The notes below the pieces were generated by a model. It saw only the letters and a list, made by a program, of their open reading frames with translations, was not told the origin of the DNA and ran no database searches. The translations under genes were made by a program, and so were the position numbers. DNA of 64,000 nucleotides from Fidelibacterota bacterium. GTDB taxonomy: Bacteria; Fidelibacterota; UBA8477; JABMPR01. The stretch spans positions 12,902 through 76,901 of the forward strand of contig JABIFG010000141.1 of NCBI GenBank assembly GCA_018650795.1, given 5' to 3'. Position 1 is the stretch's first letter; each line of letters starts with the position of its first letter. This document shows positions 1 to 9,706 of this stretch, piece after piece.

Positions 1-1008
1 CGTTACAAAATCAAAAGTAGGGTGCATAGCATACATGAAGACATAATCTTGCATAAGGCTGTGGGATTGCCCTCCTAGGGATGCCAAATAGTCAGCAGGT
101 GACAGCTCATCCTTTTCTGCAACGCCCAAACCATTGTGAAAGTATTCTGCCATGAAGTAAAGCGAGTTGTCGAAAGTGTGATCAGTTCCGAGGACATATT
201 CAGTAAATGTTTGATCTGGAAGTGGCGTTAACGGGGAAAGGTTAGAGTAATCAAAAGTTGCAAACGGACTTTCCATTTCCAGGTCGTTGGTGGAAAACTC
301 GGCCCACAAGCCCCAGCCTAGCAATTCACCGACCAAACCTCCGCCGAGCATCATACGCTGCTTGATGTTCATATCACCCAGAATGGGAACGCTATAATCC
401 ACCCGTTCTTGAAGAGAGCCTGTTAGGGAGAAATCAAAACAGCCCAGCCCCACATTGAATGCGTATTGCTGAGTGCTTTGTTCAATCTCAGCTTCAGGTT
501 GGGCGATGGCGGTAAATAAGGCTCGATCACCCAAGGGTATTTCAAGGCGCAATGCCTTGACTCCGGTTTGCTCATAGCTGGGGTCCAACAGGCTTTTTGA
601 GTTGAAGATATCTGTGGGGTTCCAGGCATATCCAACACCGGGTGAGATTTGCTGCCGGCCTACCGTCAGGTCAAACCGCGGGAAGGAGAGCTTCATATAG
701 AAGTTGTCGAGGAGCAAGGTGTCTGGTAGGTCAACATTCAAAACCAGACCGGATTCGGCATAACCAGGAACAAAATCAAAAATATTCCACGTTGTTTTGC
801 CCCAGTACTGTTGGATGTTGATGTTTGCCCCAATAAGAACATTATCACTAGGACGAACTTCCACATCAAGGCGAAATTTGTTGTATCCAAAATTATAACG
901 TGTCGAACCAAGCTGCATCACATCGGCCTCTGATTCGAAGTAACCGAAAAATTCAGGTTGTGCCAGGAGCAAACCGGGCAGCAGTAATATTGTCCCCCAA
1001 AATTTCAT
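1..1008 (-). CDS. secreted / outer-membrane beta-barrel-like protein, first 336 codons only (gene runs off window start)
   Basis: Not in the ORF track because it has no stop in the window. Hand translation of the minus strand from ATG 1008-1006 stays open to position 1: MKFWGTILLLPGLLLAQPEFFGYFESEADVMQLGSTRYNFGYNKFRLDVEV... The N-terminus looks like a signal peptide. ATGA start/stop overlap with the upstream LolA-like gene. Confidence 0.55.
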   Translation of the reverse strand, partial: MKFWGTILLLPGLLLAQPEFFGYFESEADVMQLGSTRYNFGYNKFRLDVEVRPSDNVLIGANINIQQYWGKTTWNIFDFVPGYAESGLVLNVDLPDTLLLDNFYMKLSFPRFDLTVGRQQISPGVGYAWNPTDIFNSKSLLDPSYEQTGVKALRLEIPLGDRALFTAIAQPEAEIEQSTQQYAFNVGLGCFDFSLTGSLQERVDYSVPILGDMNIKQRMMLGGGLVGELLGWGLWAEFSTNDLEMESPFATFDYSNLSPLTPLPDQTFTEYVLGTDHTFDNSLYFMAEYFHNGLGVAEKDELSPADYLASLGGQSHSLMQDYVFMYAMHPTFDFVT

Positions 1009-1754
1009 TTTTTCAAATTCCTTTCAGAGAAGAAGCCCTTTGGTGGCTCCCAGGCATAGGTGATTTCCAGGTTTCGCATGGTTGTGCTTGAGCGCTCCTT
1101 ATTGTCGGTCATAACCATGGTCATGGCAGTGGGATAGTTCTCAATCATCTCGATGTCGCTCAACACCAGGGATTTTGTGTTATAGCCACTTTCGTTAAAA
1201 TAGTCCAGAGTCACAGGGAAGTAGTCTGATTGTCGCACCCAGAGTATAATTTTTGGGTAAGGCGGCTCTAGGTCGGGTATGCCAATTAGTTCGACTTGCC
1301 AGACCAGATCACCATCACGAGTTTCTTCACCCAGGAGTGTGGGTGTAAATTTTGTCTGAAAGACATCTCCCCCGCCCATGTCCTCATAGGTGAAATCAGA
1401 ACCCTGCATTTTCTGTTTTTTGGCATGAGAGGCTAGCTTGCGAACCCGTTTGGTGCGTGGGAAGTAGCTCCAGATATCATCAGCGTTGTTCAGCATGAGA
1501 AAGGCCTGGCCACGGATAGCAGCAGGTTTGGTATAGCGGGTGAGGGAGCTTTCTCCTTTACCGGCGGACCAGGATTCAAACTCAAAAACCCGTTCTTTAC
1601 CTGAACTGGTGATGATGGTTTGGGTTCCTTTGGAGTAAGTATTTTCGGGTGACATGACATTGGTGACGCGGTCAACGATGTCCACGGCTGTAGGGGTTTG
1701 AGAAAAAACCGCTGAGATACTAAGCAGGATGAAGATAAGCAGTTTAGTTTTCAT
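1005..1754 (-). CDS. LolA-like outer-membrane lipoprotein-sorting family protein
   Basis: 249 aa with signal peptide MKTKLLIFILLSISAVFSQ. The pattern ...TRYTKPAAIRGQAFLMLNNADDIWSYFPRTKRVRKL...DFTYEDMG... matches the LolA_like family as I remember it. Translationally coupled to both neighbours. Confidence 0.55.
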   Translation of the reverse strand: MKTKLLIFILLSISAVFSQTPTAVDIVDRVTNVMSPENTYSKGTQTIITSSGKERVFEFESWSAGKGESSLTRYTKPAAIRGQAFLMLNNADDIWSYFPRTKRVRKLASHAKKQKMQGSDFTYEDMGGGDVFQTKFTPTLLGEETRDGDLVWQVELIGIPDLEPPYPKIILWVRQSDYFPVTLDYFNESGYNTKSLVLSDIEMIENYPTAMTMVMTDNKERSSTTMRNLEITYAWEPPKGFFSERNLKK

Positions 1755-2356
1755 CGTTCTAGTCCTTTCATAAAACTGTCTATTCCCTCAACAAGAGCTC
1801 TATCAAATGCTGCCCGATCATTGTTAAGCATAAACTGCCAGATGAATCCATCTACGAACGCAAGGGCAAGCGTGGCTACCCCGTCATAATTCATTTCGCG
1901 AAAATCTTCTGCCATGACACCAGCCTTCAGAATGTTAATGACGAACTGTTTCATCTTCCCGTATGAATCAAAGAACTGGGCAGCTTCATGTTCACCACGA
2001 CGCATGGCTCGGGCACCCTGAGCCCACATTTCTGTAATAATCAGCATGGCCTCATCCATCTCAAAGACTATTTCAGTATTCATACGCATAAAGGTGCGTA
2101 GTTTATCTCGAGGACTGAGATCCATTGAGTAAAGTGTTTCCGAGGCATCGACCATGTCAGCCATAATAGTGTTGACCATGGCATGAAAGATTTCATCTTT
2201 GCTACTATAGTACTCGTAAACGGTACCTTTGCCGATACCAGCTTCCTTGGCAATATCGGCTATCTTGCCTTTCTCCAGACCATCTCTGGCAAAAATATGA
2301 ATAGCGGCTCTGATGATAGCGTCCGCTTTGGTGGGATCTTTTTGTAGGGGACTCAT
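1751..2356 (-). CDS. TetR/AcrR family transcriptional regulator
   Basis: Classic N-terminal TetR HTH: IIRAAIHIFARDGLEKGKIADIAKEAGIGKGTVYEYYSSKDEIF. About 200 aa, first gene of the minus-strand operon. Confidence 0.9.
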   Translation of the reverse strand: MSPLQKDPTKADAIIRAAIHIFARDGLEKGKIADIAKEAGIGKGTVYEYYSSKDEIFHAMVNTIMADMVDASETLYSMDLSPRDKLRTFMRMNTEIVFEMDEAMLIITEMWAQGARAMRRGEHEAAQFFDSYGKMKQFVINILKAGVMAEDFREMNYDGVATLALAFVDGFIWQFMLNNDRAAFDRALVEGIDSFMKGLER

Positions 2357-2543
2357 GGTGAATTACCTCCTGTGGTTGAGTGCGGAGTGAAAGTATGACC
2401 GAACAGTCGGTCAGTCAAGTATTTTTTGCTGATTCCACATTGTTTTTTTATAAATGCCAATCTTGAATATCTTAACCCAACCTCAAGTCCATATACTGTG
2501 GAAAAATATAGCATGGGAACCAAATGATTTACTGGAGTACTTG

Positions 2544-4136
2544 ATGAGCCGATCGAAAACCGTGGTGCACAAAATAGCACCACTGCTTGTTGGTACCCTC
2601 CTGCTTCTAGGTCTTGGGTCATGTTGTCCCGAAGATCCTTACGCCGATTACCTCAATTTAATCATCACAACGGAACCTAAATCGTTAGACCCGGCCTTGT
2701 CTGCGGATATAACTACGGGAGTTATAACTGCACTGATGTATGACAACCTGGTTCGCTTTGGAACGGGTAGTGAAATTCTACCTGGTCTGGCAAAATCGTG
2801 GCAGATTTCGGATGATGGTTTGAGTTATGTGTTTCACCTACGTGACGATGTCACTTTTTGGAACGGAATACCGCTTTCTGCAGCTGATGTCAAGCACTCC
2901 TTCGAGAGGGTCTTGAATCCAGAGACACGTTCACCACAAACCTGGCTGCTTTCGCCTATCAAGGGTGCTCGAGCCTATATGCAGGGTAATGCAGATGATA
3001 TTAGTGGCATAAGAACCGTAAATAATACCACTGTACAGATTGTTCTCAGTTCACCCTTTGCTCCTTTCTTGGGATTTTTAGGTGCACCTGCAACCGCCAT
3101 TGTTCAAAAGACGCCTCGTGACAGCATAGCGTTAGACTTAAAAATTAATCCCATGGGAACCGGACCCTGGGTGTTTCAAGAATGGCAAGCTGACCGGCAA
3201 ATTCGCTATAAAAGATATGATAACTACTATGCCGGTCCAGCAAAACTTAAAGGCTTATTATTAAACAATATTCCAGAAGTTTTAACCTCTGCAATTGAAT
3301 TTGAAGCAGGTAATTTAGATGTTATGGCCGTCCCAAACTCAGAGTTTAAATACTGGACACGTAGCGAAATGTGGAAACCCTATATCCACAAGCTGGATGA
3401 GCTTGGTATTTACTATTTGGCCATGAATGTGGAGCGAAAACCCTTCGATGATAAACGTGTGAGACAAGCTGTCACCCTTGCTATTGATCGAGAGAAGATT
3501 ATTTATCGCATAATGCACAATAGTGCAACATTGGCGCAAGGCCCTATACCGCCTGGGCTGGAGGGCTACGATAGTACACGAATTGACATTCCATACGATC
3601 CACAAGCTGCCAATGATCTGCTAATTGAAGCGGGATACCCTGATGGTTGCGAATTTGATCTCTGGGTAGATCCAGGTGCAGCCATTTCACAAACATTGGA
3701 AGCTATTCAGCACTATCTTAATGAAGCCGGTTTTATCGTTCATCTCGTACGCAACGATTGGAACATGATGCGCGATGCCATGCGAAAAGGACAAACTGAT
3801 GCATATTGGGGAAACTGGTGGGCCGACTATGCCGATTCAGAAAACTTCCTGGCTCCTCTTTTTCACTCAGACAACGCTGCACGTAGAAATAGATACTCCA
3901 ATCCAGAAGTGGATCGCTCCATTGAGAAACAACAGCGAAGTCTGGATGCTGATGAGAGAAAAGTGCTCGCTATGGAAATCGACAGTATTTTGATTGAAGA
4001 AGCTCCTTATGCGTTTATGTGGTACCCAACATCATATACTGTAGTGCAGCCAAATTTAAAGGGGTATATTCCCCATCTTATGCCAAACGCCAATAAATAT
4101 ACGGATGTTTATTTCGAAGAACAGGACACGCCATGA
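2544..4136 (+). CDS. ABC transporter substrate-binding lipoprotein, family 5 (peptide/nickel type), orphan
   Basis: Track ORF is 2454-4136. The internal ATG at 2544 gives MSRSKTVVHKIAPLLVGTLLLLGLGSC, a signal peptide with a lipobox. SBP_bac_5-type sequence: LVRFG..GSEILPGLAKSWQISDDGLSYVFHLRDDVTFWNG. No permease or ATPase genes are adjacent. Confidence 0.8.
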   Translation: MSRSKTVVHKIAPLLVGTLLLLGLGSCCPEDPYADYLNLIITTEPKSLDPALSADITTGVITALMYDNLVRFGTGSEILPGLAKSWQISDDGLSYVFHLRDDVTFWNGIPLSAADVKHSFERVLNPETRSPQTWLLSPIKGARAYMQGNADDISGIRTVNNTTVQIVLSSPFAPFLGFLGAPATAIVQKTPRDSIALDLKINPMGTGPWVFQEWQADRQIRYKRYDNYYAGPAKLKGLLLNNIPEVLTSAIEFEAGNLDVMAVPNSEFKYWTRSEMWKPYIHKLDELGIYYLAMNVERKPFDDKRVRQAVTLAIDREKIIYRIMHNSATLAQGPIPPGLEGYDSTRIDIPYDPQAANDLLIEAGYPDGCEFDLWVDPGAAISQTLEAIQHYLNEAGFIVHLVRNDWNMMRDAMRKGQTDAYWGNWWADYADSENFLAPLFHSDNAARRNRYSNPEVDRSIEKQQRSLDADERKVLAMEIDSILIEEAPYAFMWYPTSYTVVQPNLKGYIPHLMPNANKYTDVYFEEQDTP

Positions 4137-4453
4137 GCAAGATTGAATCCCATCCCATTTTGGGACAGTTAAATGAAAACCAGAGAGGTTTGACTGATGT
4201 TTCAAAAATTCAGGAGGCACTGGTTGAACGAAGGCGTGTCATGGAACGTGACGGGAAATACACCACGGTTGTGGCTGGGGTTATCGGTATGACGGGTTTG
4301 TTCTTTATGAACCCACTGCCCTTTTATTTGGTACTTGGTCTGCTCGTTGTTGGATTACCTCTAGTCTGGCGCCATCTTGTCAAAGAAGCCCGTGAATTTG
4401 TCATGACGGATGAAGAGGTTGAGGAGATATTGAAAATTGAAAATTGGAAGTAG
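4133..4453 (+). CDS. small membrane protein, unknown function
   Basis: 106 aa with ATGA overlap to the SBP gene. Two hydrophobic helices (TTVVAGVIGMTGLFFMNPLPFYLVLGLLVVGLPLVW). Confidence 0.45.
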   Translation: MSKIESHPILGQLNENQRGLTDVSKIQEALVERRRVMERDGKYTTVVAGVIGMTGLFFMNPLPFYLVLGLLVVGLPLVWRHLVKEAREFVMTDEEVEEILKIENWK

Positions 4454-4547
4454 GAAGAAACAGAACCGACACTTGTTCAAAAGACAAAAATATTTGAATG
4501 CTAAATCCATGGAACTCAAACACGCTTAAACTCACACAGGTAAAAAT

Positions 4548-5726
4548 ATGCCCCTAATTAATGACCCGACTGCCATACTTGTATATTTGATCTCACTGAT
4601 TGGTCTGATCTATTATGCAAAAGAACAAGCCTGGAGCAAAAAACTTTTCGACATAGTCCCACCTGTTATATGGGTGTATTTCCTGCCCATGATATCCACA
4701 ACTCTGGGGATTACACCAGAACAATCCGATTTATACAGCTGGGTGAAAACATACCTGCTGCCAGCAGCATTGGTTTTACTGTTGCTCTCTGCTGATGTCA
4801 AAGCCATCGCCAAACTGGGACCCAAAGCTCTGGGAACCATGCTGGGTGGAACCATTGGAATTGTTTTAGGTGGCGTCATCAGTTTAGCACTCTTTGGTGC
4901 CTGGTTACCTGAAGACGCCTGGCAGGGCCTGGGAGCACTGTCCGGATCATGGATTGGCGGGAGTGCCAACATGGTCGCTGTGGGAACCTCAATCGGTGTC
5001 CGGGACGAACTTTTTGGCGTCATGATCATTGTTGATACTGTGGTCGGTTATGGCTGGATGGGTGTGGTCATTTTTATATCCAGTTTTCAAACCAGACTGG
5101 ATAAATGGAATGGTGTCACAGAATCTCCTGTGGATGATCTCAGTGAACATCTGGCTAATTCAGAGAATAGTAAACGTGAACCGCTCACATTCTCTTCACT
5201 GATCTTTATGGTCGTGGTTGGTTTCGGATTGGGATTTCTATCACTGAAAGCTGGCGAAATGCTTCCTGATCTAGGAAAGGTTGTGACCAGTTTTGGATGG
5301 ACTGTAATCCTCGTATCTCTGGTTGGCCTGGGTTTATCATTTACACCAGTTGCCAGACTGGAAAAACAGGGGGCATCCCATATGGGAAATATGTTTCTCT
5401 ATCTGCTCCTGGCCACTATCGGAGCCAAGGCGGATTTAAGGGCGATCACTGAAGCACCAATGTTCCTCGCCGTAGGTGTGTTATGGATTGGGATTCACGC
5501 AACGATCCTCTTCAGCGTTGGTCGCATGCTAAAGGCACCCATGTTTCTCATTGCCACAAGCTCACAAGCCAATATTGGAGGTGTGGTGAGCGCACCCATT
5601 GTGGCCTCGGTCTACCAGAAGGGTATGGCACCTGTTGGATTGCTCATGGGTGTTCTGGGAAACATCCTCGGCCTGTATTTCGGTTTCCTCACTGCGCAAC
5701 TCATGGAGTGGGTGAGTAGGATTTAG
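4548..5726 (+). CDS. polytopic membrane protein (DUF819/YjcL-like)
   Basis: 392 aa with roughly 10-12 hydrophobic segments. The N-terminus (AILVYLISLIGLIYYAKE..LFDIVPPVIWVYFLPMISTTLGI) resembles DUF819 proteins from memory. Confidence 0.5.
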   Translation: MPLINDPTAILVYLISLIGLIYYAKEQAWSKKLFDIVPPVIWVYFLPMISTTLGITPEQSDLYSWVKTYLLPAALVLLLLSADVKAIAKLGPKALGTMLGGTIGIVLGGVISLALFGAWLPEDAWQGLGALSGSWIGGSANMVAVGTSIGVRDELFGVMIIVDTVVGYGWMGVVIFISSFQTRLDKWNGVTESPVDDLSEHLANSENSKREPLTFSSLIFMVVVGFGLGFLSLKAGEMLPDLGKVVTSFGWTVILVSLVGLGLSFTPVARLEKQGASHMGNMFLYLLLATIGAKADLRAITEAPMFLAVGVLWIGIHATILFSVGRMLKAPMFLIATSSQANIGGVVSAPIVASVYQKGMAPVGLLMGVLGNILGLYFGFLTAQLMEWVSRI

Positions 5727-5762
5727 GTTTAGCAAGCCACGACGATAGAGTTGTTCGGCACT

Positions 5763-5823
5763 CCGAGCGGAGTCGAGGGGTCCATTAATTTGCTTGATAT
5801 AAATATCCCTCGACTCCGCTCGG
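5763..5823. repeat. inverted pair of REP-like repeat units forming a 17-bp perfect hairpin
   Basis: CCGAGCGGAGTCGAGGG (5763-5779) pairs with CCCTCGACTCCGCTCGG (5807-5823) across a 27-nt loop. The right copy reads GTCATCCCGAGCGGAGTCGAGGG on the minus strand. Same family as the repeats at 14.7, 16.6 and 32.0-32.4 kb. Confidence 0.8.
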
Positions 5824-5969
5824 GATGACGAACTAGAGTTATGTGATATTTAACCATTTCTTCAAGAGCCCCAGTGTGTCGACTCGTGGCGACGGGTTGA
5901 ATGCTTCAAGTTTCTATAATCGGTCCAATACCTAGCTTTCAAATCACTATAAAAATCTTATACTAATTC

Positions 5970-6881
5970 ATGAATCAGTGGGATTATCAACAAGGCACAC
6001 CACGTATGCGATTTGGCCCCAATAAAATGGGTGATGGAGTGCGTCAACTCCTGATTGCCAATGTCGCTGTCTACATGCTCACCCAGATTATGGGTATGGG
6101 TATCTGGGCCAGCTGGTTTGGACTGAACCCTCATGATGTCATTTTTGGATTGCGTATCTGGCAACCCTTTACCTATATGTTTTTACATGGTGGCTTCTGG
6201 CATATCGCCATGAATATGCTCATGCTATGGATGTTCGGCTCGGAGCTGGAAGGCGTTTGGGGACGTAAAGAATTTCTTAGATTTTATGTTGTGACCGGCG
6301 CGGGAGCTGGAGTGTTTTCCCTGGTGCCCTACTTCGTGGGTGTTCTGGGAGGCTATCGTGGAACCATTCCCTCAATTATTGGAGCCAGTGGGGCCATCTA
6401 TGCCATTTTGTTGGCCTATGCCGTGACCTATCCCGACCGCAAAGTGCTGGTTTATATGCTGGTCCCCATCAAAGTAAAATACCTCATGCTTATCATGGGA
6501 TTTATGACTTTCGTCTCGGTTGGAAATGGCGATGGAATCAGCCATATAACCCATCTGGGTGGTTTGGTTGTGGGCTGGTTTTATCTGAAAAGAAATGGAC
6601 GCTATCGCGGTCTGAACATCCCCTGGCGACAATGGTTGAGGAGGTTTAAAAAAATTCGCATAATTCAGGATGACGCCCCACGTCAGACTGGACCCTCTGC
6701 TTCAAAGCCCCATCAAAAAGGCTGGCATCGCGTTAGAAGCGAAACAGAATTAAGAAAAGAGATGGATGCATTGTTGGATAAGATAACCAAGGTGGGTTAT
6801 GAAAATTTGAGTAACACAGAAAAAGAGCGCCTGCTGGAACTGTCTTCCCAACTTTCAAACGATGGGGATAGTCGAGACTAA
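5970..6881 (+). CDS. rhomboid family intramembrane serine protease
   Basis: Rhomboid motifs are present: WQPFTYMFLHGGFWHIAMNMLMLWMFG, GASGAIYAIL (GxSG catalytic Ser) and HLGGLVVG (catalytic His). It also has a charged C-terminal tail. Confidence 0.9.
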   Translation: MNQWDYQQGTPRMRFGPNKMGDGVRQLLIANVAVYMLTQIMGMGIWASWFGLNPHDVIFGLRIWQPFTYMFLHGGFWHIAMNMLMLWMFGSELEGVWGRKEFLRFYVVTGAGAGVFSLVPYFVGVLGGYRGTIPSIIGASGAIYAILLAYAVTYPDRKVLVYMLVPIKVKYLMLIMGFMTFVSVGNGDGISHITHLGGLVVGWFYLKRNGRYRGLNIPWRQWLRRFKKIRIIQDDAPRQTGPSASKPHQKGWHRVRSETELRKEMDALLDKITKVGYENLSNTEKERLLELSSQLSNDGDSRD

Positions 6882-6915
6882 ACCTGTCGGCTTTCACCGA
6901 CTCCGCTAAACCCTT

Positions 6916-8193
6916 CTATTGAACAACACTATCTATGAGTGCAATAACGTCATTTACATTGATGTCAAAATCATGATTAATATCTGACAGATAAAAGGTC
7001 ACTGGATCCGGAAGACCCATTCCCACGATACTTTCGATAAGCACAACCACATCAAGAATATTGACAAATTCATCATTGTTGATATCTGGAGGTTCAGGCA
7101 GGGGAGCAGCATAAATGGGCTCAAAGATAACTTCACCACCACCCTCTTCGTTGTCATATAGTGTGGCATCGACTTCTGAAAGATCCAACCCCAACCAATA
7201 ATTGTTCTGAGCCATAATGGGGGAGGATGTACTGTTCCAGATGTGCCAGGTCTGACCATCAAATGTGTTGTCATAGAAAAGATTGAGGCCATCATCACCA
7301 GGATAATCATTGACCATATCACCCAGGTTGGGAGAGGCGTCATTGATTATGGAAACCCCATAATAATTTCCACCGATGTAATTCCCCATAACAATACCCA
7401 TGGAAGATCCAAAACCAGCATAGATTCCAGCCCCGGAATTAAAATTACCTTCCTGGTAATTCGCCACAATAATATTATCCAGGATATAGGCCGGCGAATT
7501 CACAACGGTGATTCCTGTAAAATTACCGCGTATAAAATTGCCTCTTATTACAGGAGCGGCTATAGATGTCAAGGTCCAGACACCCACGCCCTGGCCATGA
7601 TTATTATCGATGATATTATTCTCAATGATCTGAGGTGAGCAGGAATCTATAAACAGAGCGGGATGATTAAAATCGTTCACTGAATTTCCTATGAGAAGAC
7701 AGTTAGAAACCTCCACCTCATCTGACTGGAAAATTTTAATACCGTAATCACCACTATCAATTACTTGCGTCCAGCGGACATAAGAGGAGTCTGTATTTGA
7801 AAAGGAGATCCCTGTCCCTGCAGCACCTTCAATACCACATCCATAAAGCATGGCGCTTCCGCTGATGATATTGATACCACCCTCAAGTTCTATGAAACCA
7901 CAGTTATAGAACTCAAGCAAACCGTTATCGCCCCTGACACTACCTCCATTATGAAAAATAGCTCCAGAAGCAGACAAGACACCCTGGACCCTGAACTCGA
8001 AAGTAGAATCCAGGTCAATACGAACCCCGTTTTCAATGATCAAGGTGTCTCCAATAGCGACCACACAATTCGCTGTCAGGAGATAGGGATTTCCCTGCCT
8101 ATCCCAAACGCCGCCAATATTTCCGCTGACTAATGTTTGGGCTATGAGACTGTTGGTGATGAACAAAAGTAACAATACAATTTTAGTGCGCAT
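6916..8193 (-). CDS. secreted right-handed beta-helix repeat protein with C-terminal dockerin-like module
   Basis: Signal peptide MRTKIVLLLLFITNSLIAQ. Repeated short G/N-rich beta-helix turns (NNIIDNNHGQGVGVW, IRGNFIRGNFTGITVVN, NIIVANY). The C-terminus has two EF-hand-like segments, DINNDEFVNILD and DINHDFDINVND. Confidence 0.6.
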   Translation of the reverse strand: MRTKIVLLLLFITNSLIAQTLVSGNIGGVWDRQGNPYLLTANCVVAIGDTLIIENGVRIDLDSTFEFRVQGVLSASGAIFHNGGSVRGDNGLLEFYNCGFIELEGGINIISGSAMLYGCGIEGAAGTGISFSNTDSSYVRWTQVIDSGDYGIKIFQSDEVEVSNCLLIGNSVNDFNHPALFIDSCSPQIIENNIIDNNHGQGVGVWTLTSIAAPVIRGNFIRGNFTGITVVNSPAYILDNIIVANYQEGNFNSGAGIYAGFGSSMGIVMGNYIGGNYYGVSIINDASPNLGDMVNDYPGDDGLNLFYDNTFDGQTWHIWNSTSSPIMAQNNYWLGLDLSEVDATLYDNEEGGGEVIFEPIYAAPLPEPPDINNDEFVNILDVVVLIESIVGMGLPDPVTFYLSDINHDFDINVNDVIALIDSVVQ

Positions 8194-8297
8194 GAGAGAT
8201 GTCCTTCATTGTTGAGGGAAGATAAATTAATTCAAATGCTTTCAATCATTCAAATGCATAATAATTTGAGCACAGTCAAAACCAGCAGTATGGAGTT

Positions 8298-9098
8298 GTG
8301 AAACATATGGTCGATATCAGTATTGAGATGCAGGAGAAATATAGACGGGATGGGTACATCCGGATCCCAAAAGGCGTTGATACAGAAAGCCTTGAACATC
8401 TCTCAGAAGCACTCCGCGATCTTATGGCAGCACTGAATACCAATACATCAACCATGGAAATGCGTTCAACCTATAAGAAAGCCTTTACTCAGGTCACTAA
8501 TCTATGGCAGCAATCTGATGCAGTAAAAAAATTCGTTTTCCGAAAGGACCTGGCTGAAATCGCCGCCAAAATCATGGGTGTCAACGGCGTTCGGCTTTAC
8601 CACGACCAGGCATTGTTTAAAGAAGCTGGGGGAGGGGCGACGCCCTGGCATGTTGATCAGGCCTATTGGCCGCTTGATACAAGACATACCTGCACATTTT
8701 GGATTCCGCTCCAGACAACACACTCAGAAATGGGCGCTCTCTCTTTTGCAAAAGGGAGCCATTTGAAAAGGGGTGGCAGGGAGATGGTGATTAGTGATGA
8801 AAGCGAAACATTCTTTGCTGAATACGTGAAGCAATCTGGGTTTGATGTGAGTGCTGACGAATTCGAAGTGGGCGATATCAGTATTCATGCTGGTTGGACC
8901 GTCCATCATGCCGGTCCTAATCTTACCGACCAAAACCGGGAAGTTATGACCATTATTTACATGGCAGATGATACCCGCTTGTTAAAATCTCCCAGCAAAA
9001 CTCAGCTTGTTGACCGAGATGCATTTACGCCGGGTGCGCAACAGGGAAAACTCATTAACTCTCCCCTCAACCCAATTTTGTATTCGAAATCAGAGTGA
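8298..9098 (+). CDS. phytanoyl-CoA dioxygenase (PhyH) family Fe(II)/2-oxoglutarate dioxygenase
   Basis: YRRDGYIRIP..., HxD motif in TPWHVDQAYWP, and a distal His in ISIHAGWTVHHAGPN. The start is either GTG 8298 or ATG 8307. Confidence 0.7.
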   Translation: MKHMVDISIEMQEKYRRDGYIRIPKGVDTESLEHLSEALRDLMAALNTNTSTMEMRSTYKKAFTQVTNLWQQSDAVKKFVFRKDLAEIAAKIMGVNGVRLYHDQALFKEAGGGATPWHVDQAYWPLDTRHTCTFWIPLQTTHSEMGALSFAKGSHLKRGGREMVISDESETFFAEYVKQSGFDVSADEFEVGDISIHAGWTVHHAGPNLTDQNREVMTIIYMADDTRLLKSPSKTQLVDRDAFTPGAQQGKLINSPLNPILYSKSE

Positions 9099-9666
9099 AA
9101 TTCTCGATCGAAAGTTTATAACAAATTTCGTCTAGATAGCCACCCCGAGCGGTTTTTACCTGCTTCTCTTCAAAAACAATTCCACCCATTGACTCCGGAA
9201 TTCTCCTGCTAGGGATGTTGGCGCGATCCACGGGATAGATCAGGTAATCCACATCGATATGCTTGAAGGTCCAGGAGGCCAGAGTGTGAATAGCTTCTAG
9301 CCCATATTTGTTACCGTGGGCTGATTTTTTGATCCAGATTCCCAGCTCAGGTGTCCGATGTCGGCCCTCGCCATGTAAACCACAGCAACCCAGGAATTCA
9401 CCACTTGTCTTCTCTGTGATTGCAAGAACCAGATTCCAGCCTTCCCGCATGCCTCTGCGAGAGTCATTTATAAAGTCGAGAGTTTCTTCAATATGATCAG
9501 CCGGCTTGGGAAGCATATAGCGGATGATCCCAGCGTTGAACTCCCGGAAAATATCAGCGCTATACTTGTCGCTTATCGAAAACAGCTTCAGGCGCTTTGA
9601 TACGATGGATAGGGTGGTTAAGTCAAGACCTGCTCTGACAAGAAGGTCAAATGCTTGCATGTTCAC
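9067..9666 (-). CDS. GNAT family N-acetyltransferase (RimJ/RimL-like)
   Basis: FLGCCGLHGEGRHRTPELGIWIKKSAHGNKYGLEAIHTLASWTF...VDRANIPSRRIPESMGG is typical of the Acetyltransf_3 type. The 3' end overlaps the convergent PhyH gene by 32 nt. Confidence 0.7.
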   Translation of the reverse strand: MNMQAFDLLVRAGLDLTTLSIVSKRLKLFSISDKYSADIFREFNAGIIRYMLPKPADHIEETLDFINDSRRGMREGWNLVLAITEKTSGEFLGCCGLHGEGRHRTPELGIWIKKSAHGNKYGLEAIHTLASWTFKHIDVDYLIYPVDRANIPSRRIPESMGGIVFEEKQVKTARGGYLDEICYKLSIENFTLISNTKLG

Positions 9667-9706
9667 AACCCCTTAACAGCACTTGGGAAGCGGATGGTTG
9701 TGGTCC

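Noticed and set aside
4613-5029. Long antisense ORFs inside polytopic or large genes (4613-5029, 36527-36952, 43858-44283, 46771-47226, 49701-50138, 29369-29809, 29963-30361).
   Set aside because: Each lies opposite a gene with clear family motifs. These are typical shadow ORFs.
9067-9098. The 32-nt convergent overlap of the PhyH and GNAT genes as a sign of frameshift or mis-assembly.
   Set aside because: Both reading frames carry their family motifs well away from the overlap. A short convergent 3' overlap is plausible, or one C-terminal tail may be slightly over-called.
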